NCBI RefSeq assembly: GCF_009914755.1 | Contig: NC_060940.1 | DNA length: 64,000 bases | Direction: 5' to 3' (one strand) | From: the human T2T-CHM13v2.0 reference genome, Homo sapiens | Shown: piece after piece, positions 37,901-51,591 of the stretch | Layout: every line of letters begins with the position of its first letter | Numbering within the stretch: position 1 is the first letter of the stretch | Made by a program: the position numbers and the translations under genes | The notes under the pieces: model-generated | What the model was told of the DNA's origin: nothing | The model's input: only the letters and a program-made list of their open reading frames with translations | The model's database searches: none

Positions 37901-40900
37901 CAGTTTGGAAACACTCTGTTTGGAAAGTCTGCACGTGGATATTTTGACCTCTTTGAGGCCTTCGTTGGAAACGGGTTTTTTTCATGTAAGGCTAGACAGA
38001 AGAAATCTCAGTAACTTCCTTGTGTTGTGTGTATTCAACTGACAGAGTTGAACCTTCCTTTAGACAGAGCAGATTCGAAACACTCTTTTTCTGCAATTTG
38101 CAAGTGGAGACTTCAAGCGCTTTGAGGCCAAAGGCAGAAAAGGAAATATCTTCGTATAAAAACCCGACAGAATCATTCTCAGAAACTGCTCTGTGATGTG
38201 TGCGTTCAACTCACAGAGTTTAACTTTTCTTTTCATTCAGCAGTTTGGAAACACTCTGTTTGTAAAGTCTGCAAGTGGATATCTTGGCCTCTTAGAGGCC
38301 TTCGTTGGAAACGCGTTTTTTCATGTAAGGTTAGACAGAGGAATTCCCAGTAACTTCCTTGTGTTGTGTGCATTCAACTCACAGAGTTGAATGATTCTTT
38401 ACACAGAGCAGATTTGAGACACTCTTTTGGTGGAATTTGTAAGTGGAGAATTCAGCCGCTTTGAGGTCAACGGTAGAAAAGGAAATATCTTCGTATAAAA
38501 ACTAGAAAGAATGATTCTCAGAAACTGTTTTGTGATGTGTGCGTTCAACTCACAGAGTTTAACCTTTCTTTTCAAAGAGCAGTTAGGAAACACTCTGTTT
38601 GTAAAGTCTGCAAGTGGATATTCAGACCTCTTTGAAGCCTTCGTTGGAAATGGGATTTCATCATATTATGCTAGACAGATGAATTCTCAGTAACTTCCTT
38701 GTGTTGTGTGTATTCAACTCACAGAGTTGAACGATCCTTTACACAGAGCAGATTTGAAACACTGTTTTTCTGGAATTTGCAAGTGGAGATTTCAGCCGCT
38801 TTGAGGTCAATGGTAGAAAAGGAAATATCTTCGTATAAAAACTGGACAGAATGATTCTCAGAAACTCCTTTGTGATGTGTGCGTTCAACTCACAGAGTTT
38901 AACCTTTCTTTTCACAGAGCAGTTAGGAAACACTCTGTTTGTGAAGCCTGCCAGTGGATATTCGGACCTCTTTGAGGCCTTCGTTGGAAACGGGATTTCT
39001 TCATATTTTGCTAGACAGAAGATTTCTCAGTAACTTCTTTGTGTTGTGTGTATGCAACTCACAGAGTTCAACCTTCCTTTAGACAGGGCAGATTTGAAAC
39101 ACTCTTTTTGTGGAATTTGTAAGTGGAAATTTCAAGCGCATCGATGCCAATGGTAGAAAAGGAAATATCTTCGTATAAAAACAAGACAAACTCGTTCCCA
39201 GACACTGCGTAGTGATGTGTGTGTTTAACTCACAGAGTTTCACCTTTCTTTTCATACAGCATTCTGGAAACCCTGTGTTTGTAAAGTCTGCAAGTGGATA
39301 TTTGGACCTCTTAGATGCCTTCGTTGGAAACGGGATTTCTTCATATAATGCTAGAGGGAAGAATTCTTAGTAACTTCTTTGTGTTGTGTGTATTCAACTG
39401 ACAGAGTTGAACCTTCCTTTAGACAGAGCAGATTTGAAAGTCTCTTTTTGTGGAATTTGCAAGTGGAGATTTCAAGCGCTTTGAGGCCAAAAGCAGAAAA
39501 GGAAATATTTTCCTATAAAAACTAGACAGAATCTTTCTCAGAAACTGCTCTGGGATGTGTGCGTTCAACTCACAGAGTTTAACTTTTCTTTTCATTCAGC
39601 AGTTTGGAAACACTCTGTTTGGAAAGTCTGCACGTGGATATTTTGACCTCTTTGAGGCCTTCGTTGGAAACGGGTTTTTTTCATGTAAGGCTAGACAGAA
39701 GAAATCTCAGTAACTTCCTTGTGTTGTGTGTATTCAACTGACAGAGTTGAACCTTCCTTTAGACAGAGCAGATTCGAAACACTCTTTTTCTGCAATTTGC
39801 AAGTGGAGACTTCAAGCGCTTTGAGGCCAAAGGCAGAAAAGGAAATATCTTCGTATAAAAACCCGACAGAATCATTCTCAGAAACTGCTCTGTGATGTGT
39901 GCGTTCAACTCACAGAGTTTAACTTTTCTTTTCATTCAGCAGTTTGGAAACACTCTGTTTGTAAAGTCTGCAAGTGGATATCTTGGCCTCTTAGAGGCCT
40001 TCGTTGGAAACGCGTTTTTTCATGTAAGGTTAGACAGAGGAATTCCCAGTAACTTCCTTGTGTTGTGTGCATTCAACTCACAGAGTTGAATGATTCTTTA
40101 CACAGAGCAGATTTGAGACACTCTTTTGGTGGAATTTGTAAGTGGAGAATTCAGCCGCTTTGAGGTCAACGGTAGAAAAGGAAATATCTTCGTATAAAAA
40201 CTAGAAAGAATGATTCTCAGAAACTGTTTTGTGATGTGTGCGTTCAACTCACAGAGTTTAACCTTTCTTTTCAAAGAGCAGTTAGGAAACACTCTGTTTG
40301 TAAAGTCTGCAAGTGGATATTCAGACCTCTTTGAAGCCTTCGTTGGAAACGGGATTTCATCATATTATGCTAGACAGATGAATTCTCAGTAACTTCCTTG
40401 TGTTGTGTGTATTCAACTCACAGAGTTGAACGATCCTTTACACAGAGCAGATTTGAAACACTGTTTTTCTGGAATTTGCAAGTGGAGATTTCAGCCGCTT
40501 TGAGGTCAATGGTAGAAAAGGAAATATCTTCGTATAAAAACTGGACAGAATGATTCTCAGAAACTCCTTTGTGATGTGTGCGTTCAACTCACAGAGTTTA
40601 ACCTTTCTTTCCACAGAGCAGTTAGGAAACACTCTGTTTGTGAAGCCTGCCAGTGGATATTCGGACCTCTTTGAGGCCTTCGTTGGAAACGGGATTTCTT
40701 CATATTTTGCTAGACAGAAGATTTCTCAGTAACTTCTTTGTGTTGTGTGTATGCAACTCACAGAGTTCAACCTTCCTTTAGACAGAGCAGATTTGAAACA
40801 CTCTTTTTGTGGAATTTGCAAGTGGAAATTTCAAGCGCATCGATGCCAATGGTAGAAAAGGAAATATCTTCGTATAAAAACAAGACAAACTCGTTCCCAG

Positions 40901-43900
40901 ACACTGCGTAGTGATGTGTGTGTTTAATTCACAGAGTTTAACCTTTCTTTTCATACAGCATTCTGGAAACCCTGTGTTTGTAAAGTCTGCAAGTGGATAT
41001 TTGGACCTCTTAGATGCCTTCGTTGGAAACGGGATTTCTTCATATAATGCTAGAGGGAAGAATTCTTAGTAACTTCTTTGTGTTGTGTGTATTCAACTGA
41101 CAGAGTTGAACCTTCCTTTAGACAGAGCAGATTTGAAAGTCTCTTTTTGTGGAATTTGCAAGTGGAGATTTCAAGCGCTTTGAGGCCAAAAGCAGAAAAG
41201 GAAATATTTTCCTATAAAAACTAGACAGAATCATTCTCAGAAACTGCTCTGTGATGTGTGCGTTCAACTCACAGAGTTTAACTTTTCTTTTCATTCAGCA
41301 GTTTGGAAACACTCTGTTTGGAAAGTCTGCACGTGGATATTTTGACCTCTTTGAGGCCTTCGTTGGAAACGGGTTTTTTTCATGTAAGGCTAGACAGAAG
41401 AAATCTCAGTAACTTCCTTGTGTTGTGTGTATTCAACTGACAGAGTTGAACCTTCCTTTAGACAGAGCAGATTCGAAACACTCTTTTTCTGCAATTTGCA
41501 AGTGGAGACTTCAAGCGCTTTGAGGCCAAAGGCAGAAAAGGAAATATCTTCGTATAAAAACCCGACAGAATCATTCTCAGAAACTGCTCTGTGATGTGTG
41601 CGTTCAACTCACAGAGTTTAACTTTTCTTTTCATTCAGCAGTTTGGAAACACTCTGTTTGTAAAGTCTGCAAGTGGATATCTTGGCCTCTTAGAGGCCTT
41701 CGTTGGAAACGGGTTTTTTCATGTAAGGTTAGACAGAGGAATTCCCAGTAACTTCCTTGTGTTGTGTGCATTCAACTCACAGAGTTGAATGATTCTTTAC
41801 ACAGAGCAGATTTGAGACACTCTTTTGGTGGAATTTGTAAGTGGAGAATTCAGCCGCTTTGAGGTCAACGGTAGAAAAGGAAATATCTTCGTATAAAAAC
41901 TAGACAGAATGATTCTCAGAAACTGTTTTGTGATGTGTGCGTTCAACTCACAGAGTTTAACCTTTCTTTTCAGAGAGCAGTTAGGAAACACTCTGTTTGT
42001 AAAGTCTGCAAGTGGATATTCAGACCTCTTTGAGGCCTTCGTTGGAAACGGGATTTCTTCATATTATGCTAGACAGATGAATTCTCAGTAACTTCCTTGT
42101 GTTGTGTGTATTCAACTCACAGAGTTGAACGATCCTTTACACAGAGCAGATTTGAAACACTGTTTTTCTGGAATTTGCAAGTGGAGATTTCAGCCGCTTT
42201 GAGGTCAATGGTAGAAAAGGAAATATCTTCGTATAAAAACTAGACAGAATGATTCTCAGAAACTCCTTTGTGATGTGTGCGTTCAACTCACAGAGTTTAA
42301 CCTTTCTTTTCACAGAGCAGTTAGGAAACACTCTGTTTGTGAAGCCTGCCAGTGGATATTCGGACCTCTTTGAGGCCTTCGTTGGAAACGGGATTTCTTC
42401 GTATTATGCTAGACAGAAGATTTCTCAGTAACTTCTTTGTGTTGTGTGTATGCAACTCACAGAGTTCAACCTTCCTTTAGACAGAGCAGATTTGAAACAC
42501 TCTTTTTGTGGAATTTGCAAGTGGAGATTTCAAGCGCTTCGATGCCAATGGTAGAAAAGGAAATATCTTCGTAGAAAAACAAGACAAACTCGTTCCCAGA
42601 CACTGCGTAGTGATGTGTGTGTTTAACTCACAGAGTTTAACCTTTCTTTTCATACAGCATTCTGGAAACCCTGTGTTTGTAAAGTCTGCAAGTGGATATT
42701 TGGACCTCTTAGATGCCTTCGTTGGAAACGGGATTTCTTCATATAATGCTAGAGGGAAGAATTCTTAGTAACTTCTTTGTGTTGTGTGTATTCAACTGAC
42801 AGAGTTGAACCTTCCTTTAGACAGAGCAGATTTGAAAGTCTCTTTTTGTGGAATTTGCAAGTGGAGATTTCAAGCGCTTTGAGGCCAAAAGCAGAAAAGG
42901 AAATATTTTCCTATAAAAACTAGACAGAATCATTCTCAGAAACTGCTCTGTGATGTGTGCGTTCAACTCACAGAGTTTAACTTTTCTTTTCATTCAGCAG
43001 TTTGGAAACACTCTGTTTGGAAAGTCTGCACGTGGATATTTTGACCTCTTTGAGGCCTTCGTTGGAAACGGGTTTTTTTCATGTAAGGCTAGACAGAAGA
43101 AATCTCAGTAACTTCCTTGTGTTGTGTGTATTCAACTGACAGAGTTGAACCTTCCTTTAGACAGAGCAGATTCGAAACACTCTTTTTCTGCAATTTGCAA
43201 GTGGAGACTTCAAGCGCTTTGAGGCCAAAGGCAGAAAAGGAAATATCTTCGTATAAAAACCCGACAGAATCATTCTCAGAAACTGCTCTGTGATGTGTGC
43301 GTTCAACTCACAGAGTTTAACTTTTCTTTTCATTCAGCAGTTTGGAAACACTCTGTTTGTAAAGTCTGCAAGTGGATATCTTGGCCTCTTAGAGGCCTTC
43401 GTTGGAAACGGGTTTTTTTAATTTAAGGATAGACAGAGGAATTCCCAGTAACTTCCTTGTGTTGTGTGCATTCAACTCACAGAGTTGAATGATTCTTTAC
43501 ACAGAGCAGATTTGAGACACTCTTTTGGTGGAATTTGTAAGTGGAGAATTCAGCCGCTTTGAGGTCAACGGTAGAAAAGGAAATATCTTCGTATAAAAAC
43601 TAGACAGAATGATTCTCAGAAACTGTTTTGTGATGTGTGCGTTCAACTCACAGAGTTTAACCTTTCTTTTCAGAGAGCAGTTAGGAAACACTCTGTTTGT
43701 AAAGTCTGCAAGTGGATATTCAGACCTCTTTGAGGCCTTCGTTGGAAACGGGATTTCTTCATATTATGCTAGACAGATGAATTCTCAGTAACTTCCTTGT
43801 GTTGTGTGTATTCAACTCACAGAGTTGAACGATCCTTTACACAGAGCAGATTTGAAACACTGTTTTTCTGGAATTTGCAAGTGGAGATTTCAGCCGCTTT

Positions 43901-46900
43901 GAGGTCAATGGTAGAAAAGGAAATATCTTCGTATAAAAACTAGACAGAATGATTCTCAGAAACTCCTTTGTGATGTGTGCGTTCAACTCACAGAGTTTAA
44001 CCTTTCTTTTCACAGAGCAGTTAGGAAACACTCTGTTTGTGAAGCCTGCCAGTGGATATTCGGACCTCTTTGAGGCCTTCGTTGGAAACGGGATTTCTTC
44101 ATATTATGCTAGACAGAAGATTTCTCAGTAACTTCTTTGTGTTGTGTGTATGCAACTCACAGAGTTCAACCTTCCTTTAGACAGAGCAGATTTGAAACAC
44201 TCTTTTTGTGGAATTTGCAAGTGGAGATTTCAAGCGCTTCGATGCCAATGGTAGAAAAGGAAATATCTTCGTATAAAAACAAGACAAACTCGTTCCCAGA
44301 CACTGCGTAGTGATGTGTGTGTTTAACTCACAGAGTTTAACCTTTCTTTTCATACAGCATTCTGGAAACCCTCTGTTTGTAAAGTCTGCAAGTGGATATT
44401 TGGACCTCTTAGATGCCTTCGTTGGAAACGGGATTTCTTCATATAATGCTAGAGGGAAGAATTCTTAGTAACTTCTTTGTGTTGTGTGTATTCAACTGAC
44501 AGAGTTGAACCTTCCTTTAGACAGAGCAGATTTGAAAGTCTCTTTTTGTGGAATTTGCAAGTGGAGATTTCAAGCGCTTTGAGGCCAAAAGCAGAAAAGG
44601 AAATATTTTCCTATAAAAACTAGACAGAATCTTTCTCAGAAACTGCTCTGGGATGTGTGCGTTCAACTCACAGAGTTTAACTTTTCTTTTCATTCAGCAG
44701 TTTGTAAACACTCTGTTTGGAAAGTCTGCACGTGGATATTTTGACATCTTTGAGGCCTTCGTTGGAAACGGGTTTTTTTCATGTACGGCTAGACAGAAGA
44801 AATCTCAGTAACTTCCTTGTGTTGTGTGTATTCAACTGACAGAGTTGAACCTTCCTTTAGACAGAGCAGATTCGAAACACTCTTTTTCTGCAATTTGCAA
44901 GTGGAGACTTCAAGCGCTTTGAGGCCAAAGGCAGAAAAGGAAATATCTTCGTATAAAAACCCGACAGAATCATTCTCAGAAACTGCTCTGTGATGTGTGC
45001 GTTCAACTCACAGAGTTTAACTTTTCTTTTCATTCAGCAGTTTGGAAACACTCTGTTTGTAAAGTCTGCAAGTGGATATCTTGGCCTCTTAGAGGCCTTC
45101 GTTGGAAACGGGTTTTTTCATGTAAGGTTAGACAGAGGAATTCCCAGTAACTTCCTTGTGTTGTGTGCACTCAACTCACAGAGTTGAATGATTCTTTACA
45201 CAGAGCAGATTTGAGACACTCTTTTGGTGGAATTTGTAAGTGGAGAATTCAGCTGCTTTGAGGTCAACGGTAGAAAAGGAAATATCTTCGTATAAAAACT
45301 AGACAGAATGATTCTCAGAAACTGTTTTGTGATGTGTGCTTTCAACTCACAGAGTTTAACCTTTCTTTTCAAAGAGCAGTTAGGAAACACTCTGTTTGTA
45401 AAGTCTGCAAGTGGATATTCAGACCTCTTTGAGGCCTTCGTTGGAAACGGGATTTCTTCATATTATGCTAGACAGATGAATTCTCAGTAACTTCCTTGTG
45501 TTGTGTGTATTCAACTCACAGAGTTGAACGATCCTTTACACAGAGCAGATTTGAAACACTGTTTTTCTGGAATTTGCAAGTGGAGATTTCAGCCGCTTTG
45601 AGGTCAATGGTAGAAAAGGAAATATCTTCGTATAAAAACTAGACAGAATGATTCTCAGAAACTCCTTTGTGATGTGTGCGTTCAACTCACAGAGTTTAAC
45701 CTTTCTTTTCACAGAGCAGTTAGGAAACACTCTGTTTGTGAAGCCTGCCAGTGGATATTCGGACCTCTTTGAGGCCTTCGTTGGAAACGGGATTTCTTCA
45801 TATTATGCTAGACAGAAGATTTCTCAGTAACTTCTTTGTGTTGTGTGTATGCAACTCACAGAGTTCAACCTTCCTTTAGACAGAGCAGATTTGAAACACT
45901 CTTTTTGTGGAATTTGCAAGTGGAGATTTCAAGCGCTTCGATGCCAATGGTAGAAAAGGAAATATCTTCGTATAAAAACAAGACAAACTCGTTCCCAGAC
46001 ACTGCGTAGTGATGTGTGTGTTTAACTCACAGAGTTTAACCTTTCTTTTCATACAGCATTCTGGAAACCCTCTGTTTGTAAAGTCTGCAAGTGGATATTT
46101 GGACCTCTTAGATGCCTTCGTTGGAAACGGGATTTCCTCATATAATGCTAGAGGGAAGAATTCTTAGTAACTTCTTTGTGTTGTGTGTATTCAACTGACA
46201 GAGTTGAACCTTCCTTTAGACAGAGCAGATTTGAAAGTCTCTTTTTGTGGAATTTGCAAGTGGAGATTTCAAGCGCTTTGAGGGCAAAAGCAGAAAAGGA
46301 AATATTTTCCTATAAAAACTAGACAGAATCTTTCTCAGAAACTGCTCTGGGATGTGTGCGTTCAACTCACAGAGTTTAACTTTTCTTTTCATTCAGCAGT
46401 TTGGAAACACTCTGTTTGGAAAGTCTGCACGTGGATATTTTGACCTCTTTGAGGCCTTCGTTGGAAACGGGTTTTTTTCATGTAAGGCTAGACAGAAGAA
46501 ATCTCAGTAACTTCCCTGTGTTGTGTGTATTCAACTGACAGAGTTGAACCTTCCTTTAGACAGAGCAGATTCGAAACACTCTTTTTCTGCAATTTGCAAG
46601 TGGAGACTTCAAGCGCTTTGAGGCCAAAGGCAGAAAAGGAAATATCTTCGTATAAAAACCCGACAGAATCATTCTCAGAAACTGCTCTGTGATGTGTGCG
46701 TTCAACTCACAGAGTTTAACTTTTCTTTTCATTCAGCAGTTTGGAAACACTCTGTTTGTAAAGTCTGCAAGTGGATATCTTGGCCTCTTAGAGGCCTTCG
46801 TTGGAAACGCGTTTTTTCATGTAAGGTTAGACAGAGGAATTCCCAGTAACTTCCTTGTGTTGTGTGCATTCAACTCACAGAGTTGAATGATTCTTTACAC

Positions 46901-49900
46901 AGAGCAGATTTGAGACACTCTTTTGGTGGAATTTGTAAGTGGAGAATTCAGCCGCTTTGAGGTCAACGGTAGAAAAGGAAATATCTTCGTATAAAAACTA
47001 GAAAGAATGATTCTCAGAAACTGTTTTGTGATGTGTGCGTTCAACTCACAGAGTTTAACCTTTCTTTTCAAAGAGCAGTTAGGAAACACTCTGTTTGTAA
47101 AGTCTGCAAGTGGATATTCAGACCTCTTTGAAGCCTTCGTTGGAAACGGGATTTCATCATATTATGCTAGACAGATGAATTCTCAGTAACTTCCTTGTGT
47201 TGTGTGTATTCAACTCACAGAGTTGAACGATCCTTTACACAGAGCAGATTTGAAACACTGTTTTTCTGGAATTTGCAAGTGGAGATTTCAGCCGCTTTGA
47301 GGTCAATGGTAGAAAAGGAAATATCTTCGTATAAAAACTGGACAGAATGATTCTCAGAAACTCCTTTGTGATGTGTGCGTTCAACTCACAGAGTTTAACC
47401 TTTCTTTTCACAGAGCAGTTAGGAAACACTCTGTTTGTGAAGCCTGCCAGTGGATATTCGGACCTCTTTGAGGCCTTCGTTGGAAACGGGATTTCTTCAT
47501 ATTTTGCTAGACAGAAGATTTCTCAGTAACTTCTTTGTGTTGTGTGTATGCAACTCACAGAGTTCAACCTTCCTTTAGACAGAGCAGATTTGAAACACTC
47601 TTTTTGTGGAATTTGCAAGTGGAAATTTCAAGCGCATCGATGCCAATGGTAGAAAAGGAAATATCTTCGTATAAAAACAAGACAAACTCGTTCCCAGACA
47701 CTGCGTAGTGATGTGTGTGTTTAACTCACAGAGTTTCACCTTTCTTTTCATACAGCATTCTGGAAACCCTGTGTTTGTAAAGTCTGCAAGTGGATATTTG
47801 GACCTCTTAGATGCCTTCGTTGGAAACGGGATTTCTTCATATAATGCTAGAGGGAAGAATTCTTAGTAACTTCTTTGTGTTGTGTGTATTCAACTGACAG
47901 AGTTGAACCTTCCTTTAGACAGAGCAGATTTGAAAGTCTCTTTTTGTGGAATTTGCAAGTGGAGATTTCAAGCGCTTTGAGGCCAAAAGCAGAAAAGGAA
48001 ATATTTTCCTATAAAAACTCGACAGAATCTTTCTCAGAAACTGCTCTGGGATGTGTGCGTTCAACTCACAGAGTTTAACTTTTCTTTCCATTCAGCAGTT
48101 TGGAAACACTCTGTTTGGAAAGTCTGCACGTGGATATTTTGACCTCTTTGAGGCCTTCGTTAGAAACGGGTTTTTTTCATGTAAGGCTAGACAGAAGAAA
48201 TCTCAGTAACTTCCTTGTGTTGTGTGTATTCAACTGACAGAGTTGAACCTTCCTTTAGACAGAGCAGATTCGAAACACTCTTTTTCTGCAATTTGCAAGT
48301 GGAGACTTCAAGCGCTTTGAGGCCAAAGGCAGAAAAGGAAATATCTTCGTATAAAAACCCGACAGAATCATTCTCAGAAACTGCTCTGTGATGTGTGCGT
48401 TCAACTCACAGAGTTTAACTTTTCTTTTCATTCAGCAGTTTGGAAACACTCTGTTTGTAAAGTCTGCAAGTGGATATCTTGGCCTCTTAGAGGCCTTCGT
48501 TGGAAACGGGTTTTTTCATGTAAGGTTAGACAGAGGAATTCCCAGTAACTTCCTTGTGTTGTGTGCACTCAACTCACAGAGTTGAATGATTCTTTACACA
48601 GAGCAGATTTGAGACACTCTTTTGGTGGAATTTGTAAGTGGAGAATTCAGCCGCTTTGAGGTCAACGGTAGAAAAGGAAATATCTTCGTATAAAAACTAG
48701 ACAGAATGATTCTCAGAAACTGTTTTGTGATGTGTGCGTTCAACTCACAGAGTTTAACCTTTCTTTTCAAAGAGCAGTTAGGAAACACTCTGTTTGTAAA
48801 GTCTGCAAGTGGATATTCAGACCTCTTTGAGGCCTTCGTTGGAAACGGGATTTCTTCATATTATGCTAGACAGATGAATTCTCAGTAACTTCCTTGTGTT
48901 GTGTGTATTCAACTCACAGAGTTGAACGATCCTTTACACAGAGCAGATTTGAAACACTGTTTTTCTGGAATTTGCAAGTGGAGATTTCAGCCGCTTTGAG
49001 GTCAATGGTAGAAAAGGAAATATCTTCGTATAAAAACTGGACAGAATGATTCTCAGAAACTCCTTTGTGATGTGTGCGTTCAACTCACAGAGTTTAACCT
49101 TTCTTTTCACAGAGCAGTTAGGAAACACTCTGTTTGTGAAGCCTGCCAGTGGATATTCGGACCTCTTTGAGGCCTTCGTTGGAAACGGGATTTCTTCATA
49201 TTATGCTAGACAGAAGATTTCTCAGTAACTTCTTTGTGTTGTGTGTATGCAACTCACAGAGTTCAACCTTCCTTTAGACAGAGCAGATTTGAAACACTCT
49301 TTTAGTGGAATTTGCAAGTGGAGATTTCAAGCGCTTCGATGCCAATGGTAGAAAAGGAAATATCTTCGTATAAAAACAAGACAAACTCGTTCCCAGACAC
49401 TGCGTAGTGATGTGTGTGTTTAACTCACAGAGTTTAACCTTTCTTTTCATACAGCATTCTGGAAACCCTCTGTTTGTAAAGTCTGCAAGTGGATATTTGG
49501 ACCTCTTAGATGCCTTCGTTGGAAACGGGATTTCCTCATATAATGCTAGAGGGAAGAATTCTTAGTAACTTCTTTGTGTTGTGTGTATTCAACTGACAGA
49601 GTTGAACCTTCCTTTAGACAGAGCAGATTTGAAAGTCTCTTTTTGTGGAATTTGCAAGTGGAGATTTCAAGCGCTTTGAGGCCAAAAGCAGAAAAGGAAA
49701 TATTTTCCTATAAAAACTAGACAGAATCTTTCTCAGAAACTGCTCTGGGATGTGTGCGTTCAACTCACAGAGTTTAACTTTTCTTTTCATTCAGCAGTTT
49801 GGAAACACTCTGTTTGGAAAGTCTGCACGTGGATATTTTGACCTCTTTGAGGCCTTCGTTGGAAACGGGTTTTTTTCATGTAAGGCTAGACAGAAGAAAT

Positions 49901-50232
49901 CTCAGTAACTTCCCTGTGTTGTGTGTATTCAACTGACAGAGTTGAACCTTCCTTTAGACAGAGCAGATTCGAAACACTCTTTTTCTGCAATTTGCAAGTG
50001 GAGACTTCAAGCGCTTTGAGGCCAAAGGCAGAAAAGGAAATATCTTCGTATAAAAACCCGACAGAATCATTCTCAGAAACTGCTCTGTGATGTGTGCGTT
50101 CAACTCACAGAGTTTAACTTTTCTTTTCATTCAGCAGTTTGGAAACACTCTGTTTGTAAAGTCTGCAAGTGGATATCTTGGCCTCTTAGAGGCCTTCGTT
50201 GGAAACGCGTTTTTTCATGTAAGGTTAGACAG

Positions 50233-51591
50233 AGGAATTCCCAGTAACTTCCTTGTGTTGTGTGCATTCAACTCACAGAGTTGAATGATTCTTTACACAG
50301 AGCAGATTTGAGACACTCTTTTGGTGGAATTTGTAAGTGGAGAATTCAGCCGCTTTGAGGTCAACGGTAGAAAAGGAAATATCTTCGTATAAAAACTAGA
50401 AAGAATGATTCTCAGAAACTGTTTTGTGATGTGTGCGTTCAACTCACAGAGTTTAACCTTTCTTTTCAAAGAGCAGTTAGGAAACACTCTGTTTGTAAAG
50501 TCTGCAAGTGGATATTCAGACCTCTTTGAAGCCTTCGTTGGAAACGGGATTTCATCATATTATGCTAGACAGATGAATTCTCAGTAACTTCCTTGTGTTG
50601 TGTGTATTCAACTCACAGAGTTGAACGATCCTTTACACAGAGCAGATTTGAAACACTGTTTTTCTGGAATTTGCAAGTGGAGATTTCAGCCGCTTTGAGG
50701 TCAATGGTAGAAAAGGAAATATCTTCGTATAAAAACTGGACAGAATGATTCTCAGAAACTCCTTTGTGATGTGTGCGTTCAACTCACAGAGTTTAACCTT
50801 TCTTTTCACAGAGCAGTTAGGAAACACTCTGTTTGTGAAGCCTGCCAGTGGATATTCGGACCTCTTTGAGGCCTTCGTTGGAAACGGGATTTCTTCATAT
50901 TTTGCTAGACAGAAGATTTCTCAGTAACTTCTTTGTGTTGTGTGTATGCAACTCACAGAGTTCAACCTTCCTTTAGACAGAGCAGATTCGAAACACTCTT
51001 TTTCTGCAATTTGCAAGTGGAGACTTCAAGCGCTTTGAGGCCAAAGGCAGAAAAGGAAATATCTACGTATAAAAACCCGACAGAATCATTCTCAGAAACT
51101 GCTCTGTGATGTGTGCGTTCAACTCACAGAGTTTAACTTTTCTTTTCATTCAGCAGTTTGGAAACACTCTGTTTGGAAAGTCTGCACGTGGATATTTTGA
51201 CCTCTTTGAGGCCTTCGTTGGAAACGGGTTTTTTTCATGTAAGGCTAGACAGAAGAAATCTCAGTAACTTCCTTGTGTTGTGTGTATTCAACTGACAGAG
51301 TTGAACCTTCCTTTAGACAGAGCAGATTCGAAACACTCTTTTTCTGCAATTTGCAAGTGGAGACTTCAAGCGCTTTGAGGCCAAAGGCAGAAAAGGAAAT
51401 ATCTTCGTATAAAAACCCGACAGAATCATTCTCAGAAACTGCTCTGTGATGTGTGCGTTCAACTCACAGAGTTTAACTTTTCTTTTCATTCAGCAGTTTG
51501 GAAACACTCTGTTTGCAAAGTCTGCAAGTGGATATCTTGGCCTCTTAGAGGCCTTCGTTGGAAACGGGTTTTTTCATGTAAGGTTAGACAG
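50233..51591 (+). repeat. 8-mer structural-variant HOR (A-B-[C/E/D chimera]-E, 1359 bp)
   Basis: The A-ORF offset 50293->51652 is 1359. The third dimer starts C-like, turns E-like at ~50989 and D-like at ~51176. Confidence 0.92.
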
